Positions 15,990 through 24,573 of a DNA stretch of 39,215 bases are shown here, one piece after another; positions within the stretch are counted from its first letter, which is position 1, and each line of letters starts with the position of its first letter. Position numbers and translations under genes: made by a program. Source of the stretch: an uncultured Nitrospirota bacterium. GTDB lineage: Bacteria; Nitrospirota; Nitrospiria; SBBL01; CAZOFZ01. The DNA lies in contig CAZQIT010000174.1 of the NCBI GenBank assembly GCA_964592995.1, positions 1 to 39,215 of the forward strand. The letters are read 5' to 3'. Under the pieces are notes generated by a model that saw only the letters and a program-made list of their open reading frames with translations, did not search any database and had not been told where the DNA came from.

Positions 15990-17168
15990 ATGGAACTGGC
16001 CCAAAAAATAGAGACTTTGCCACGCACCCCAGGCGTTTATATCATGAAAGGGAAAAAAGGCGAAGTCCTCTATGTGGGGAAGGCCAAATCGCTCTCTTCG
16101 CGTGTGCGCAGCTATTTTCGCACCCGCGCCGACCTTCATCCCAAAACCCGTTCGCTCATGGACCGGGTGGTCGATCTGGACTATATGGTCGTCGCCTCCG
16201 AGTTGGAAGCCCTGATCCTAGAGAACAATCTGATCAAACAGCATCGGCCAAAGTATAACATTGTGCTGCGGGACGATAAAAACTACCCCCTGCTGCGTCT
16301 GTCCGTGCAGGAAGCGTATCCCCGCATGGAGATTGTCCGCAGGGTTCAAAAAGATGGCGCGCTTTATTTTGGCCCCTACGTGCCAGCGGGGGGGATTCAC
16401 GAACTGATCCGTCTCCTGCGGCAGATTTTCCCCCTCCCGAATTGCACGATCCGAATTGACGGGTCCGCTGCGCGGCCCTGTATTGAATATGAGATCAAGC
16501 GGTGCCTGGCTCCCTGCACTGGCCAGCAGTCCCAGTCCGAGTATCAGGAGATGATCCGACAGGTGTGCCTGTTTCTTGCCGGCAAAAACAGAGCGTTACT
16601 TTCCACCCTGCGGGCGTCGATGAAAACGCGGTCGGCGCATCTTGATTTTGAAGCGGCGGCGCGGATTCGGGACCAGATGGTTCGGATTGGACGGGCGATG
16701 GAACAGCAGCGCATCACCTCCACGCGGATGGAAGACCAGGATGTCATCGCCATTGCCCGCGCTTCGGCGTCCGCCGATCTTCAGGTGCTGTTCATTCGGG
16801 GCGGGATGCTGGTGGGGCGCAAGGATTTTTTCTTTAAAGGCGTCGCCGACACAACGGATGAGACCCTTTGCGCCGCCTTTATCCAGCAATTCTACCAGAA
16901 GGAGGGGGTCCTCCCGCCGGAAATTGTCATACCGCTGCCACTTCCGGATTCCGCGCTGCTCTCGGCATGGCTAACCGAACGACGGGGGGCGCCGGTGCGC
17001 CTCCTGGCCCCATTGAGAGGGAGGCGGTTGCGCCTGATCGACCTGGCGCTGGAAAATGCGCGGGCCTCTCTGCGGAATCACCTTCAAGTGCGAGACAGAG
17101 ACGAGACGCAGATGGAGCGGCCTCAAACTTTGGCGCACCCCATTTATAATGAATCTGCTATACTCTGA
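15990..17168 (+). CDS. uvrC: Excinuclease ABC subunit C, C-terminally truncated (392 aa; GIY-YIG and UVR domains only)
   Basis: GIY-YIG nuclease (PGVYIMKGKKGEVLYVGKAKSLSSRVRSYF...NLIKQHRPKYN) and UVR motif (HLDFEAAARIRDQMVRI). The ORF stops where the RNase H-like endonuclease and (HhH)2 domains of roughly 600-aa UvrC proteins would begin. No continuation appears in any frame. Confidence 0.85.
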   Translation: MELAQKIETLPRTPGVYIMKGKKGEVLYVGKAKSLSSRVRSYFRTRADLHPKTRSLMDRVVDLDYMVVASELEALILENNLIKQHRPKYNIVLRDDKNYPLLRLSVQEAYPRMEIVRRVQKDGALYFGPYVPAGGIHELIRLLRQIFPLPNCTIRIDGSAARPCIEYEIKRCLAPCTGQQSQSEYQEMIRQVCLFLAGKNRALLSTLRASMKTRSAHLDFEAAARIRDQMVRIGRAMEQQRITSTRMEDQDVIAIARASASADLQVLFIRGGMLVGRKDFFFKGVADTTDETLCAAFIQQFYQKEGVLPPEIVIPLPLPDSALLSAWLTERRGAPVRLLAPLRGRRLRLIDLALENARASLRNHLQVRDRDETQMERPQTLAHPIYNESAIL

Positions 17169-17266
17169 AGGGTGACGCTGGAAATCGGTCACAGACGTTG
17201 ACCCCGTTTGCCAAGGGCCTGTACAGGCCCCAAACGGAACCGGAAAGAGGAAGGGAGAGAAGAAAC

Positions 17267-18469
17267 ATGGCCACATTCAGTTGGACAGGGAAAACCCGTG
17301 AAGGATCCATACAGCAGGGGGAAATTGCGGCTAACAGCACTGAAGAAGTCATGGCATTTTTGCGAAAAGACCGCATCCAGGTCACCTCCGTACAGCGAAA
17401 GGTCGAGGTGGCCCCGTCACCGATGTTCCAGAAAAAGGTGGGCGACAAAGATGTCGTCGTATTCACGCGGCAATTTGCGACGATGATTGATGCCGGTCTA
17501 CCGCTCGTACAATGCCTTGAGATTACGGCGAACCAATCCGAAAATCCAACCCTGGCCCGTACACTCAATGGAATCCGAATGGATGTGGAAGCCGGGTCCA
17601 ACTTTGCCGACGCCCTCCGAAAACACCCGAAAATATTCGATGAGTTTTATGTCAGCATGGTGGCCGCTGGCGAATCGGGTGGGGTGTTGGATGTCATTCT
17701 GGACCGGCTCTCCCGATATATCGAAAAGGGGATGAACCTCAAGCGAAAAATCAAAACCGCCACCGTTTATCCCATCACGATTGTCTCCGTGGCGGTCGTC
17801 GTCATCTCCATCATGCTGATCTTTGTGATTCCGGTCTTTGCAAAAATGTTCGATGATTTTGGGGCGGGTCTGCCCACCCTCACCCAGATCGTGATCGACA
17901 TGAGTTACTGGGTGCAGGGGCATGTCCTCTATATTGTCGCTGCCGTGTTCTTGTTCGCTTATGGTTTTAAAAAATATTACCGAACCGTCAATGGGCGAAA
18001 ACGGGTGGACAAGATGGCGCTGGGCGTGCCGGTCTTTGGGGAGATTATCCGAAAAGTGTCCGTCGCCCGGTTTACCCGCACGCTGGGCACCCTCATCTCC
18101 AGCGGGATCCCCATCCTGGAAGGGCTGGAAATCGTTGCGAAGGCGTCCGGAAATAAAACGGTGGAGTCTGCCCTGATGAATGCGCGCCAGAGCATCAGCG
18201 AAGGGAAAACGATCTCGGAACCACTCGGAACCAGCAAGGTATTCCCCAAGATGGTCGTTTCCATGATTGCCATTGGCGAGACCACCGGCGCCCTGGACAC
18301 AATGCTGAACAAAATTGCCGATTTTTATGATGACGAGGTCGATACCGCCGTCACGGCCATGACCGCGTTGCTCGAACCCATGTTGATTATCGTGCTGGGG
18401 ATCATTGTTGGCACCATCGTGATCGCCATGTATCTGCCGATCTTCAGGCTGGCTTCCGTCATTACTTAA
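17267..18469 (+). CDS. pilC: Type IV pilus assembly platform protein PilC (GspF family)
   Basis: About 400 aa with two GspF repeats and 3 TM segments (FTRQFATMIDAGLPL..., FTRTLGTLISSGIPIL...). AGGAAGGGAGAG lies upstream of the ATG at 17267. The track start at 17198 is TTG. Confidence 0.9.
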   Translation: MATFSWTGKTREGSIQQGEIAANSTEEVMAFLRKDRIQVTSVQRKVEVAPSPMFQKKVGDKDVVVFTRQFATMIDAGLPLVQCLEITANQSENPTLARTLNGIRMDVEAGSNFADALRKHPKIFDEFYVSMVAAGESGGVLDVILDRLSRYIEKGMNLKRKIKTATVYPITIVSVAVVVISIMLIFVIPVFAKMFDDFGAGLPTLTQIVIDMSYWVQGHVLYIVAAVFLFAYGFKKYYRTVNGRKRVDKMALGVPVFGEIIRKVSVARFTRTLGTLISSGIPILEGLEIVAKASGNKTVESALMNARQSISEGKTISEPLGTSKVFPKMVVSMIAIGETTGALDTMLNKIADFYDDEVDTAVTAMTALLEPMLIIVLGIIVGTIVIAMYLPIFRLASVIT

Positions 18470-18500
18470 TCGCGGAGGACAGGCCCGCGCACAAGCTCCT

Positions 18501-20186
18501 ATGCGTTCCGTCTTCTTAAAACGTATCCAATGGATGATGGCCCTTCGCGTCATCCTGGGCACGCTCCTCTTGGGCTTTCCCCTCCTGTTCGGACTGAAGG
18601 TCTTGAAAGGCGCCGGGTCCGTCTCTTCCTTCTATCCACTCATCGGTTTGACCTATGCGTTCACGCTCATCGGCGTGGGGTTTATGCCGTGGGGGATACG
18701 ACATCCGAGGGCTTTCGCTGCCTGTCAACTGGCCATTGATCTTCTGTTGGAAACAGCGCTGATCGCCGTCACGGGCGGCACGGAAAGCCCGTTTATCTTT
18801 CTTTACATCCTGAGCGTGGTCGCCGGAAGCCTTTTTTTCTCCCTGAAGGGAGGTCTTCTGACGGCCTTCTGCGCCACCTTTTCCCTCGGTACGCTGATCA
18901 GCTTGCAATACACCCAGGCGCTGTTCTTTCATCTGCCGTTTCGGACACCGATCCTGTCTGGCAGTAACGAAGTGGCCTACCTGATCCTGCTCTATGCCGG
19001 GGCCTTCTTTTGTGTCGGCATCCTGAGCGGACGGCTCTCCCAGCGCCTCCACGAGCAGGAGACCGGCCTCTTCGACCTCCGTCTCCTTCACGAAAACATT
19101 CTCCAAAGCATTCCCAGCGGTCTGGTGACCACCGATATGACGGGGCGCATCACCTCGTTGAATCGGTATGCCACGCTCATCACCGGATTTACACCCCAGA
19201 ACGCCATCGGGACGCTCTGGTGGGAGCTTTTTCGCTGGGATGAGATCAAGAACCAGCATGATGCCCTCGTGACCCGTGGCTTTCCGCGACGCTTCGAAGG
19301 TGAAATCCATACCCGCGACGGCAGACGTTGTCTTCTGGGGGTGACCCTTTCCATCCTGCGCAACGGAGCCGACCTGAAGATCGGCATGACCGGCATTTTC
19401 CAGGACCTGACCCGGTTACGGCACCTCGAAGAGCAGATGCACAAGAAGGCCCGCATGGCCCTGATCGGGGAGATGGCCGCAGGCATCGCCCACGAGATTC
19501 GCAACCCCCTGGCCGCGTTGAGCGGATCGCTCCAACTCCTTCGGGAAACGCCACCGCTGCGGGATGAAGACGGAAAGCTCATGCAGATTGCCCTGGAGGA
19601 AACCGAACGATTAAACGACATCGTCACGCAATTCCTGCGCTACGCAAAACCGCAGCCGGCACATCGGCGTCCCTTCGATTTGAACGCCCTTCTTTCAGAG
19701 GCGGTCCGATTACTCGAAAACAGCAGAGACTGTGACCGCCGTATTCAGGTGCGCCTCCTGATCACGCCAGGGCCGTTGATTCTCCCCATTGATCCAGACC
19801 AGATCCGGCAGCTCTTTTGGAACTTGAGCCTCAATGCACTTCAGGCCATGCCGGGAGAAGGAACATTGACCATTGCAACACAGATGCACACCGTGGGAGA
19901 CGCAGGGACCTCCCCTGAAGTGGAAGTCCGCTTCAGCGATACGGGCATCGGCATTGCTCCGGACGCGCTTCCCCATATCTTTACGCCGTTCTTCACCACA
20001 AAGGGAACCGGATCGGGTCTGGGACTTTCGATTGTCCAGCAAATCGTGGAGGGACATGCCGGACGCATCGAGGTCAAAAATGGCGAACAGGGAGTTTCTT
20101 TCTTCATCACGCTGCCCATTCATCCCCCCGCCTGGGTGCAAGACACGGAACAGACGGAAGTCCTGAATGTACTTTCAAGCGTTTGA
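18501..20186 (+). CDS. Membrane sensor histidine kinase, PilS-like (multi-TM N-terminus, PAS, HisKA, HATPase)
   Basis: About 6 N-terminal TM helices, a PAS region and the H-box AAGIAHEIRNPLAAL. The N/G boxes (FSDTGIGI, FTTKGTGSGLGLSIV) are present. It sits between pilC and a sigma-54 activator. Confidence 0.8.
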   Translation: MRSVFLKRIQWMMALRVILGTLLLGFPLLFGLKVLKGAGSVSSFYPLIGLTYAFTLIGVGFMPWGIRHPRAFAACQLAIDLLLETALIAVTGGTESPFIFLYILSVVAGSLFFSLKGGLLTAFCATFSLGTLISLQYTQALFFHLPFRTPILSGSNEVAYLILLYAGAFFCVGILSGRLSQRLHEQETGLFDLRLLHENILQSIPSGLVTTDMTGRITSLNRYATLITGFTPQNAIGTLWWELFRWDEIKNQHDALVTRGFPRRFEGEIHTRDGRRCLLGVTLSILRNGADLKIGMTGIFQDLTRLRHLEEQMHKKARMALIGEMAAGIAHEIRNPLAALSGSLQLLRETPPLRDEDGKLMQIALEETERLNDIVTQFLRYAKPQPAHRRPFDLNALLSEAVRLLENSRDCDRRIQVRLLITPGPLILPIDPDQIRQLFWNLSLNALQAMPGEGTLTIATQMHTVGDAGTSPEVEVRFSDTGIGIAPDALPHIFTPFFTTKGTGSGLGLSIVQQIVEGHAGRIEVKNGEQGVSFFITLPIHPPAWVQDTEQTEVLNVLSSV

Positions 20187-20215
20187 GCAGGGGGTTCATT
20201 CGGTGAGGTTCTTTC

Positions 20216-21634
20216 ATGGAAAAAATTCTGATTGTCGATAATGAAAAAAATATCCGGGAATTGCTGACCATTACCCTGCGGCGGGCCGGTTATACCACGG
20301 AGACGGCGGAAGATGGTGCCAGCGCCCTGGATTGCCTGTCGCGCGACACCTATGATGTGCTGATCACCGACATCAAGATGCCCGGCATGAGCGGTCTGGA
20401 GCTTTTGCGCGCCGCCGCCACCACCTCGCCGGAGACCCTCACGGTGATGATGACGGCGTTTGCATCGATTGAAACGGCGATTGAAGCGATGAAGGAAGGG
20501 GCCTACGACTATTTGACCAAGCCGTTTCAGATTGACGCGGTCAAGCGGGTCATCCAAAATGCCCTGGAGCGAAAGAAACTGCGCGCGGAAAATCGACAGC
20601 TTCGACATGCGTTGAAGGGGGGCGCCGAATTTGAAAAAATCATCGGTAACAGTGAAGCCCTGCGAAAAGTTCTGGATGTGGTCCGAAAAGTCTCCAGCGG
20701 CAAAAGCAATGTCCTCATCACCGGAGAATCGGGCACCGGAAAGGAATTGATCGCGCGCGCCATTCATTTCAACAGTGGACGCCGGGACAACCCCTTCGTG
20801 ACGATCAATTGCAGCGCCATCCCGGAGACGCTCTTTGAAAGCGAGCTTTTCGGACATATGCGAGGGGCCTTTACCGGCGCTGTCGGCAACAAACAAGGGC
20901 TGTTCGAATTGGCGGATACCGGCAGCCTTTTTCTGGACGAAATCGGCGAAATCCCCCTCTCCGTCCAGGCCAAACTGCTTCGCACACTTCAGGAGCGGGA
21001 GTTTCGTCGGGTGGGCGGCACGAAAGAGATCAAGGTGGATGTCCGTCTGATCGCCGCCACCAACAAGAATCTCGAAAAAAGTGTGGCCGAGGGGAGCTTT
21101 AGAGAAGACCTCTACTACCGCCTGGATGTCATTCCGATTCATCTCCCCGCATTGCGGGAGCGGCGCGAGGATATCCCCCTTCTGACCCTCTCTTTCCTGC
21201 GCCAATTCAATGCGGAGATGGGGAAGAAGATTGAGGGCATCCATCCCGATGCCCTGCGCGTTCTGATGCACGAAGAGTGGAAGGGGAATATCCGAGAGCT
21301 GGCCAATGTGATGGAGCGCACCGTCGCATTGGCGTCCGGCCCGGTGTTGACCCTGAAAGAGGTGGGTGAATCACTGGGCCGACCCCTCTCCACGCTGCCC
21401 ACCATCGTTGCTCCCGCCATCCCAAAAGAAGGTCTTGATCTGGAAAATCTGATTGAGAATCTGGAGAAAGAGCTGCTTCTGAAGGCCCTGGAGGAAAGTG
21501 GTGGAGTCAAGACAGAGGCCGCGAAACGGCTTCATCTGGATTTCCGCTCCATGCGCTACCGCTTGAACAAATATGATATCAAAAGTCACGAAGAGGGAAC
21601 GCACCCCCATGACCCTTCCGATACATCCGGGTAA
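20216..21634 (+). CDS. Sigma-54-dependent response regulator (NtrC/PilR family)
   Basis: Receiver domain (ILIVDNE...DVLITDIKMPGMSG), AAA+ domain with Walker A GESGTGKE and the GAFTGA loop, and a C-terminal Fis-type HTH (AAKRLHLDFRSMRYRLNKY). Confidence 0.88.
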   Translation: MEKILIVDNEKNIRELLTITLRRAGYTTETAEDGASALDCLSRDTYDVLITDIKMPGMSGLELLRAAATTSPETLTVMMTAFASIETAIEAMKEGAYDYLTKPFQIDAVKRVIQNALERKKLRAENRQLRHALKGGAEFEKIIGNSEALRKVLDVVRKVSSGKSNVLITGESGTGKELIARAIHFNSGRRDNPFVTINCSAIPETLFESELFGHMRGAFTGAVGNKQGLFELADTGSLFLDEIGEIPLSVQAKLLRTLQEREFRRVGGTKEIKVDVRLIAATNKNLEKSVAEGSFREDLYYRLDVIPIHLPALRERREDIPLLTLSFLRQFNAEMGKKIEGIHPDALRVLMHEEWKGNIRELANVMERTVALASGPVLTLKEVGESLGRPLSTLPTIVAPAIPKEGLDLENLIENLEKELLLKALEESGGVKTEAAKRLHLDFRSMRYRLNKYDIKSHEEGTHPHDPSDTSG

Positions 21635-21711
21635 CACTCCGAGCCTAAGATCGTTTCCTCTTTTTCCCCATTGACGTGGCGCACCCATTCCTCCCCTGCC
21701 GTCGATTCGTC

Positions 21712-22344
21712 ATGACGGCCATCTGGCTTTCTGGCAATATCGCCGCCATGCGGATTGGATGGGGCGACGCCACCTTTTTCTTTGCCCCGGACCGGTTGGC
21801 ACTCATCTTCTTTTTGTGCGTGGGCGGATTTCTGACGGCCTTCCTGACACGCGGTGCAACATGCGCGGGAGATGCAGATGAGCCTTCAGAGGGGTTGCGG
21901 CGTCGGTTTAAAATTGCCTGTTTTGGAATATTCTGGGCCTTGTTTCTGGTCTACCTGCCCGCATGTGACCACGCGGGCGTGTGGGTCTTTCCGGAAGGGC
22001 GATGGATGATGCCCCTTCGTTATGCCGGACTCACGATGCTTGTCCTGGGCGGTCTGTTGCGCCTGATGGCCGTGATGGCCCGTGAAGCTGCCGGGGCTGC
22101 GAAACTTGTCCACACGGGCGTTTATCAATCCATCCGGCATCCGGAATATCTGGGCATCCTGTTGGTGCTCCTGGGATTTGCGTTGGCATTTCGGAGTCTG
22201 TGGGGTCTTTGCGTGTGGGCACTCTGGGTCGGCGTGGTCGTGGCGCGGATTCACCGTGAGGAGGCCCGGCTGCTACACGCCATGCAGGGGGCCTGGCGCA
22301 GGTATCGGACACACACCTGGCGTCTTGTCCCCGGCCTTTATTGA
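21712..22344 (+). CDS. Membrane methyltransferase of the isoprenylcysteine carboxyl methyltransferase (ICMT)/phospholipid methyltransferase family
   Basis: Polytopic protein with LVHTGVYQSIRHPEYLGILLVLLGFAL and the C-terminal ...RIHREEARL... motif. The start is uncertain (GTG at 21676 or ATG at 21712). Confidence 0.65.
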   Translation: MTAIWLSGNIAAMRIGWGDATFFFAPDRLALIFFLCVGGFLTAFLTRGATCAGDADEPSEGLRRRFKIACFGIFWALFLVYLPACDHAGVWVFPEGRWMMPLRYAGLTMLVLGGLLRLMAVMAREAAGAAKLVHTGVYQSIRHPEYLGILLVLLGFALAFRSLWGLCVWALWVGVVVARIHREEARLLHAMQGAWRRYRTHTWRLVPGLY

Positions 22345-23174
22345 TTCTGTGCATGGAGGGGGCCAAAGAGGCAGCGCTCCGTTTTGTGTTCCAGCGGACA
22401 GGCGCGGGCAATGTCCAGATGGCAGAGGACGAAGTCATATTTCACTGGATCGTCGCAATCGAACGCTTTCAGGCTTTCTGTGACCTCTTTGGCCGTCTTC
22501 CAACCTCCTCCCTTGCGCCGGGTCAGCCCCAGATACCGGCTGATGTTGGCCACGTGCGTATCCAGAGGAACGATCAACTTGCCGGGCGGAATATCACGCC
22601 ACAGCCCAAAATCAACGCCGTCATTTGGACGGACCATCCAACGCAGATAGAGATTCCATCGCTTGCATTCGCTCCCGCGTGCCGGAATTGGCAGGAGATG
22701 AGACAAGCCCCGCGAGGGCCGTGCTGCGCCGATTTCGTACAGGGTGGTCACAAAGCGGGACAATGTCGGCTGAATATCCTGGTCTTCCTCCCGGTACAGC
22801 GTGGTGAAGAGACGCCCCACCGAGCCAAACCGTTGCACCACTTCGCTCATGAGCAAGACAAATGTAAACAGATCGTCCGGCTTGTTGAATCGATATGAAA
22901 TACCGTCAAAGCGTGGGCGCTCTCGCACCGGATCAAACCCCATCAGATAGTCACAAGGATGCCTTCCCATCAGGGTCAGAATTTGCTCAATCACCGGTCT
23001 GAAGAGGCCAATTCCGCCGTAGGCCAGTGCGGAGGCCAGCCATCCGACCACCTCAATATCCTTCGTGTCGGTATAACGATGCAGAAAGGCGACGGGGTCT
23101 TTTTGAATCCACGCGATGCGCGTCGGATGGCGATATAGCCCCTCAAGTTCGGCAGCAATCCGTTCTTTTTTCAT
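22338..23174 (-). CDS. Conserved protein of unknown function; resembles the DUF2400/TIGR02757 family from memory
   Basis: 278 aa with no recognisable catalytic motif. The family assignment is recollection only. Its 3' end overlaps the convergent ICMT gene by 7 bp. Confidence 0.45.
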   Translation of the reverse strand: MKKERIAAELEGLYRHPTRIAWIQKDPVAFLHRYTDTKDIEVVGWLASALAYGGIGLFRPVIEQILTLMGRHPCDYLMGFDPVRERPRFDGISYRFNKPDDLFTFVLLMSEVVQRFGSVGRLFTTLYREEDQDIQPTLSRFVTTLYEIGAARPSRGLSHLLPIPARGSECKRWNLYLRWMVRPNDGVDFGLWRDIPPGKLIVPLDTHVANISRYLGLTRRKGGGWKTAKEVTESLKAFDCDDPVKYDFVLCHLDIARACPLEHKTERCLFGPLHAQNQ

Positions 23175-23645
23175 TTAAAATCGCAGGGACATACCGACCT
23201 TCAGGTGGATTTTTTGCGAAAGGCCTGCAGCAACTTCCAGGACATACAGCGCCTCCCGATCGGTCGGCCCGTACTGTGGACAAGGATCAACAGAACAGGG
23301 AGGGGCCTTCTCCACAAGATACACAACCTCCTTTTTCTCATTCAGCCAGATGATGTCCAACGGGAACTTGCAGTTCTTCATCCAAAATCGGTAGGCGTGC
23401 GGACGGGGAAAGATGAAGAGCATGCCGGAATTTTTGGGCATGTGTTCTCGAAACATCAAGCCTTGCTCCCGGGCTTCAGGCGTCTGCGCAATCTCCGCAC
23501 GAATGATCGTATCGGTGGGCAATGTGACATCCCGATAGACAACAGGGAGGGGCGCGGCCCCTGCGAGGGGTGCGGCCCCTACAAGAAGTGCGGCCCCTGC
23601 AAGAAGTACGACCCCTGCGAGAAGTATTCCGATCACTTTACGCAT
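23175..23645 (-). CDS. Secreted DUF192-family protein with a repeat-encoded signal peptide
   Basis: The GLMFREHMPKNSGMLFIF...FWMKNCKFPLDIIWL core is typical of DUF192 (COG1430). The stop abuts the downstream gene ATG (TAAATG). Confidence 0.7.
   Translation of the reverse strand: MRKVIGILLAGVVLLAGAALLVGAAPLAGAAPLPVVYRDVTLPTDTIIRAEIAQTPEAREQGLMFREHMPKNSGMLFIFPRPHAYRFWMKNCKFPLDIIWLNEKKEVVYLVEKAPPCSVDPCPQYGPTDREALYVLEVAAGLSQKIHLKVGMSLRF
23558..23629. repeat. 4 x 18-bp tandem repeat (CCCCTGCGAGGGGTGCGG and variants) inside the DUF192 signal-peptide region
   Basis: Read directly. The units start at 23558, 23576, 23594 and 23612. They are preceded by the palindrome AGGGGCGCGGCCCCT (23548-23562). 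Confidence 0.9.
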
Positions 23646-23764
23646 TTCGACCTCATTGTGTTGACGCCTCCCGCGCCATGTATTAGCATTCGGGACGGCT
23701 GGATTGACGCCGATGTCCTAGCCGCTGATCCCTGATACCCGACGGCTCCTTCCTGTGGCCCCCT

Positions 23765-24559
23765 ATGAGCTTCAAAATACACCGTGTAGCGGCCATCGTT
23801 CAACGGCAGCTTTATCTCTATCAACGTAGCGTTCCGCGCCTGGCCGAAGTCTTCTTTTGGCCACTTTTGGACCTGTTCGTATGGGGGTTTGTCACCCTCT
23901 ATCTTCGGAGTTTTCCCATCCCCCGATTTGTCTCATTTTTTCTGGGTGCGTTGATCCTCTGGGACATCCTCTTTCGTGCGCAGCAGGGCATCTCCGTTTC
24001 GTTTCTGGAAGAAATCTGGGCCAAAAACCTACCCAACCTGTTTGTGAGTCCCTTGCGGCCCGCAGAGTTTTTGGCGGGATTGATGTTCATCAGTGTGGTC
24101 AAAGTTCTGCTGGCGGGACTGGTCGGGGCGCTGCTGGCCTGGTTTTTTTATGACTACAACCTCTCCCAACTCGGCGTGGCGCTGATTCCGTTTGTGCTCA
24201 ATTTAATGATGATGGGCTGGGCGATCGGCATCGTGGCGATGTCGGTCATCCTCCGCTTCGGCCAGGAGGCGGAAATGATGGCCTGGGGCTTGGCCTTTCT
24301 GGTACAGCCCTTCTCCGCCGTCTTCTATCCGGTCTCGGTGCTCCCCACCTGGATTCAGCCGATCTCCCTATTAATGCCATCATCACATGTGTTTGAAGGG
24401 ATGCGTCAGGTGATCGAAACCGGACGGGTGGATGCGCGTCGGTTGCTGATAGCGACCGGACTTAATATCATCTATTTCGCGCTCGCCGTGGCCCTGTTTT
24501 ATCGCAACCTTCGCGTAGCGCGTGACAAAGGACTATTGATCCGCAGCGGCATGGAGTAA
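23765..24559 (+). CDS. ABC-2 type transporter permease (6 TM); no adjacent ATPase gene
   Basis: 264-aa polytopic protein with the ABC-2 exporter permease pattern, including the N-terminal cytoplasmic (I)VQRQLYLYQRS segment. Nothing in the 119 bp upstream encodes an ATPase. Confidence 0.75.
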   Translation: MSFKIHRVAAIVQRQLYLYQRSVPRLAEVFFWPLLDLFVWGFVTLYLRSFPIPRFVSFFLGALILWDILFRAQQGISVSFLEEIWAKNLPNLFVSPLRPAEFLAGLMFISVVKVLLAGLVGALLAWFFYDYNLSQLGVALIPFVLNLMMMGWAIGIVAMSVILRFGQEAEMMAWGLAFLVQPFSAVFYPVSVLPTWIQPISLLMPSSHVFEGMRQVIETGRVDARRLLIATGLNIIYFALAVALFYRNLRVARDKGLLIRSGME

Positions 24560-24573
24560 GGGCTCGTCCATGT

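Noticed and set aside
17498-18562. 354-aa minus-strand ORF. Similar long antisense ORFs lie at 20120-21271, 25729-26889, 27121-28098, 8543-9313, 29907-30674 and 35744-36544
   Set aside because: Each lies opposite a gene with strong motif support (pilC, the sigma-54 regulator, the ligase, cimA, the propeller protein and the SBBP proteins). Each has low-complexity, Arg/Gly/His-rich composition.
23646-23764. Possible remnant of an ABC ATPase gene upstream of the ABC-2 permease, suggested by an ATGA start/stop overlap
   Set aside because: The frame ending in that TGA is open for only about 10 codons, and no Walker or signature motifs appear in any frame. The region is simply intergenic with a weak promoter-like TTGACG-17-TAGCAT.
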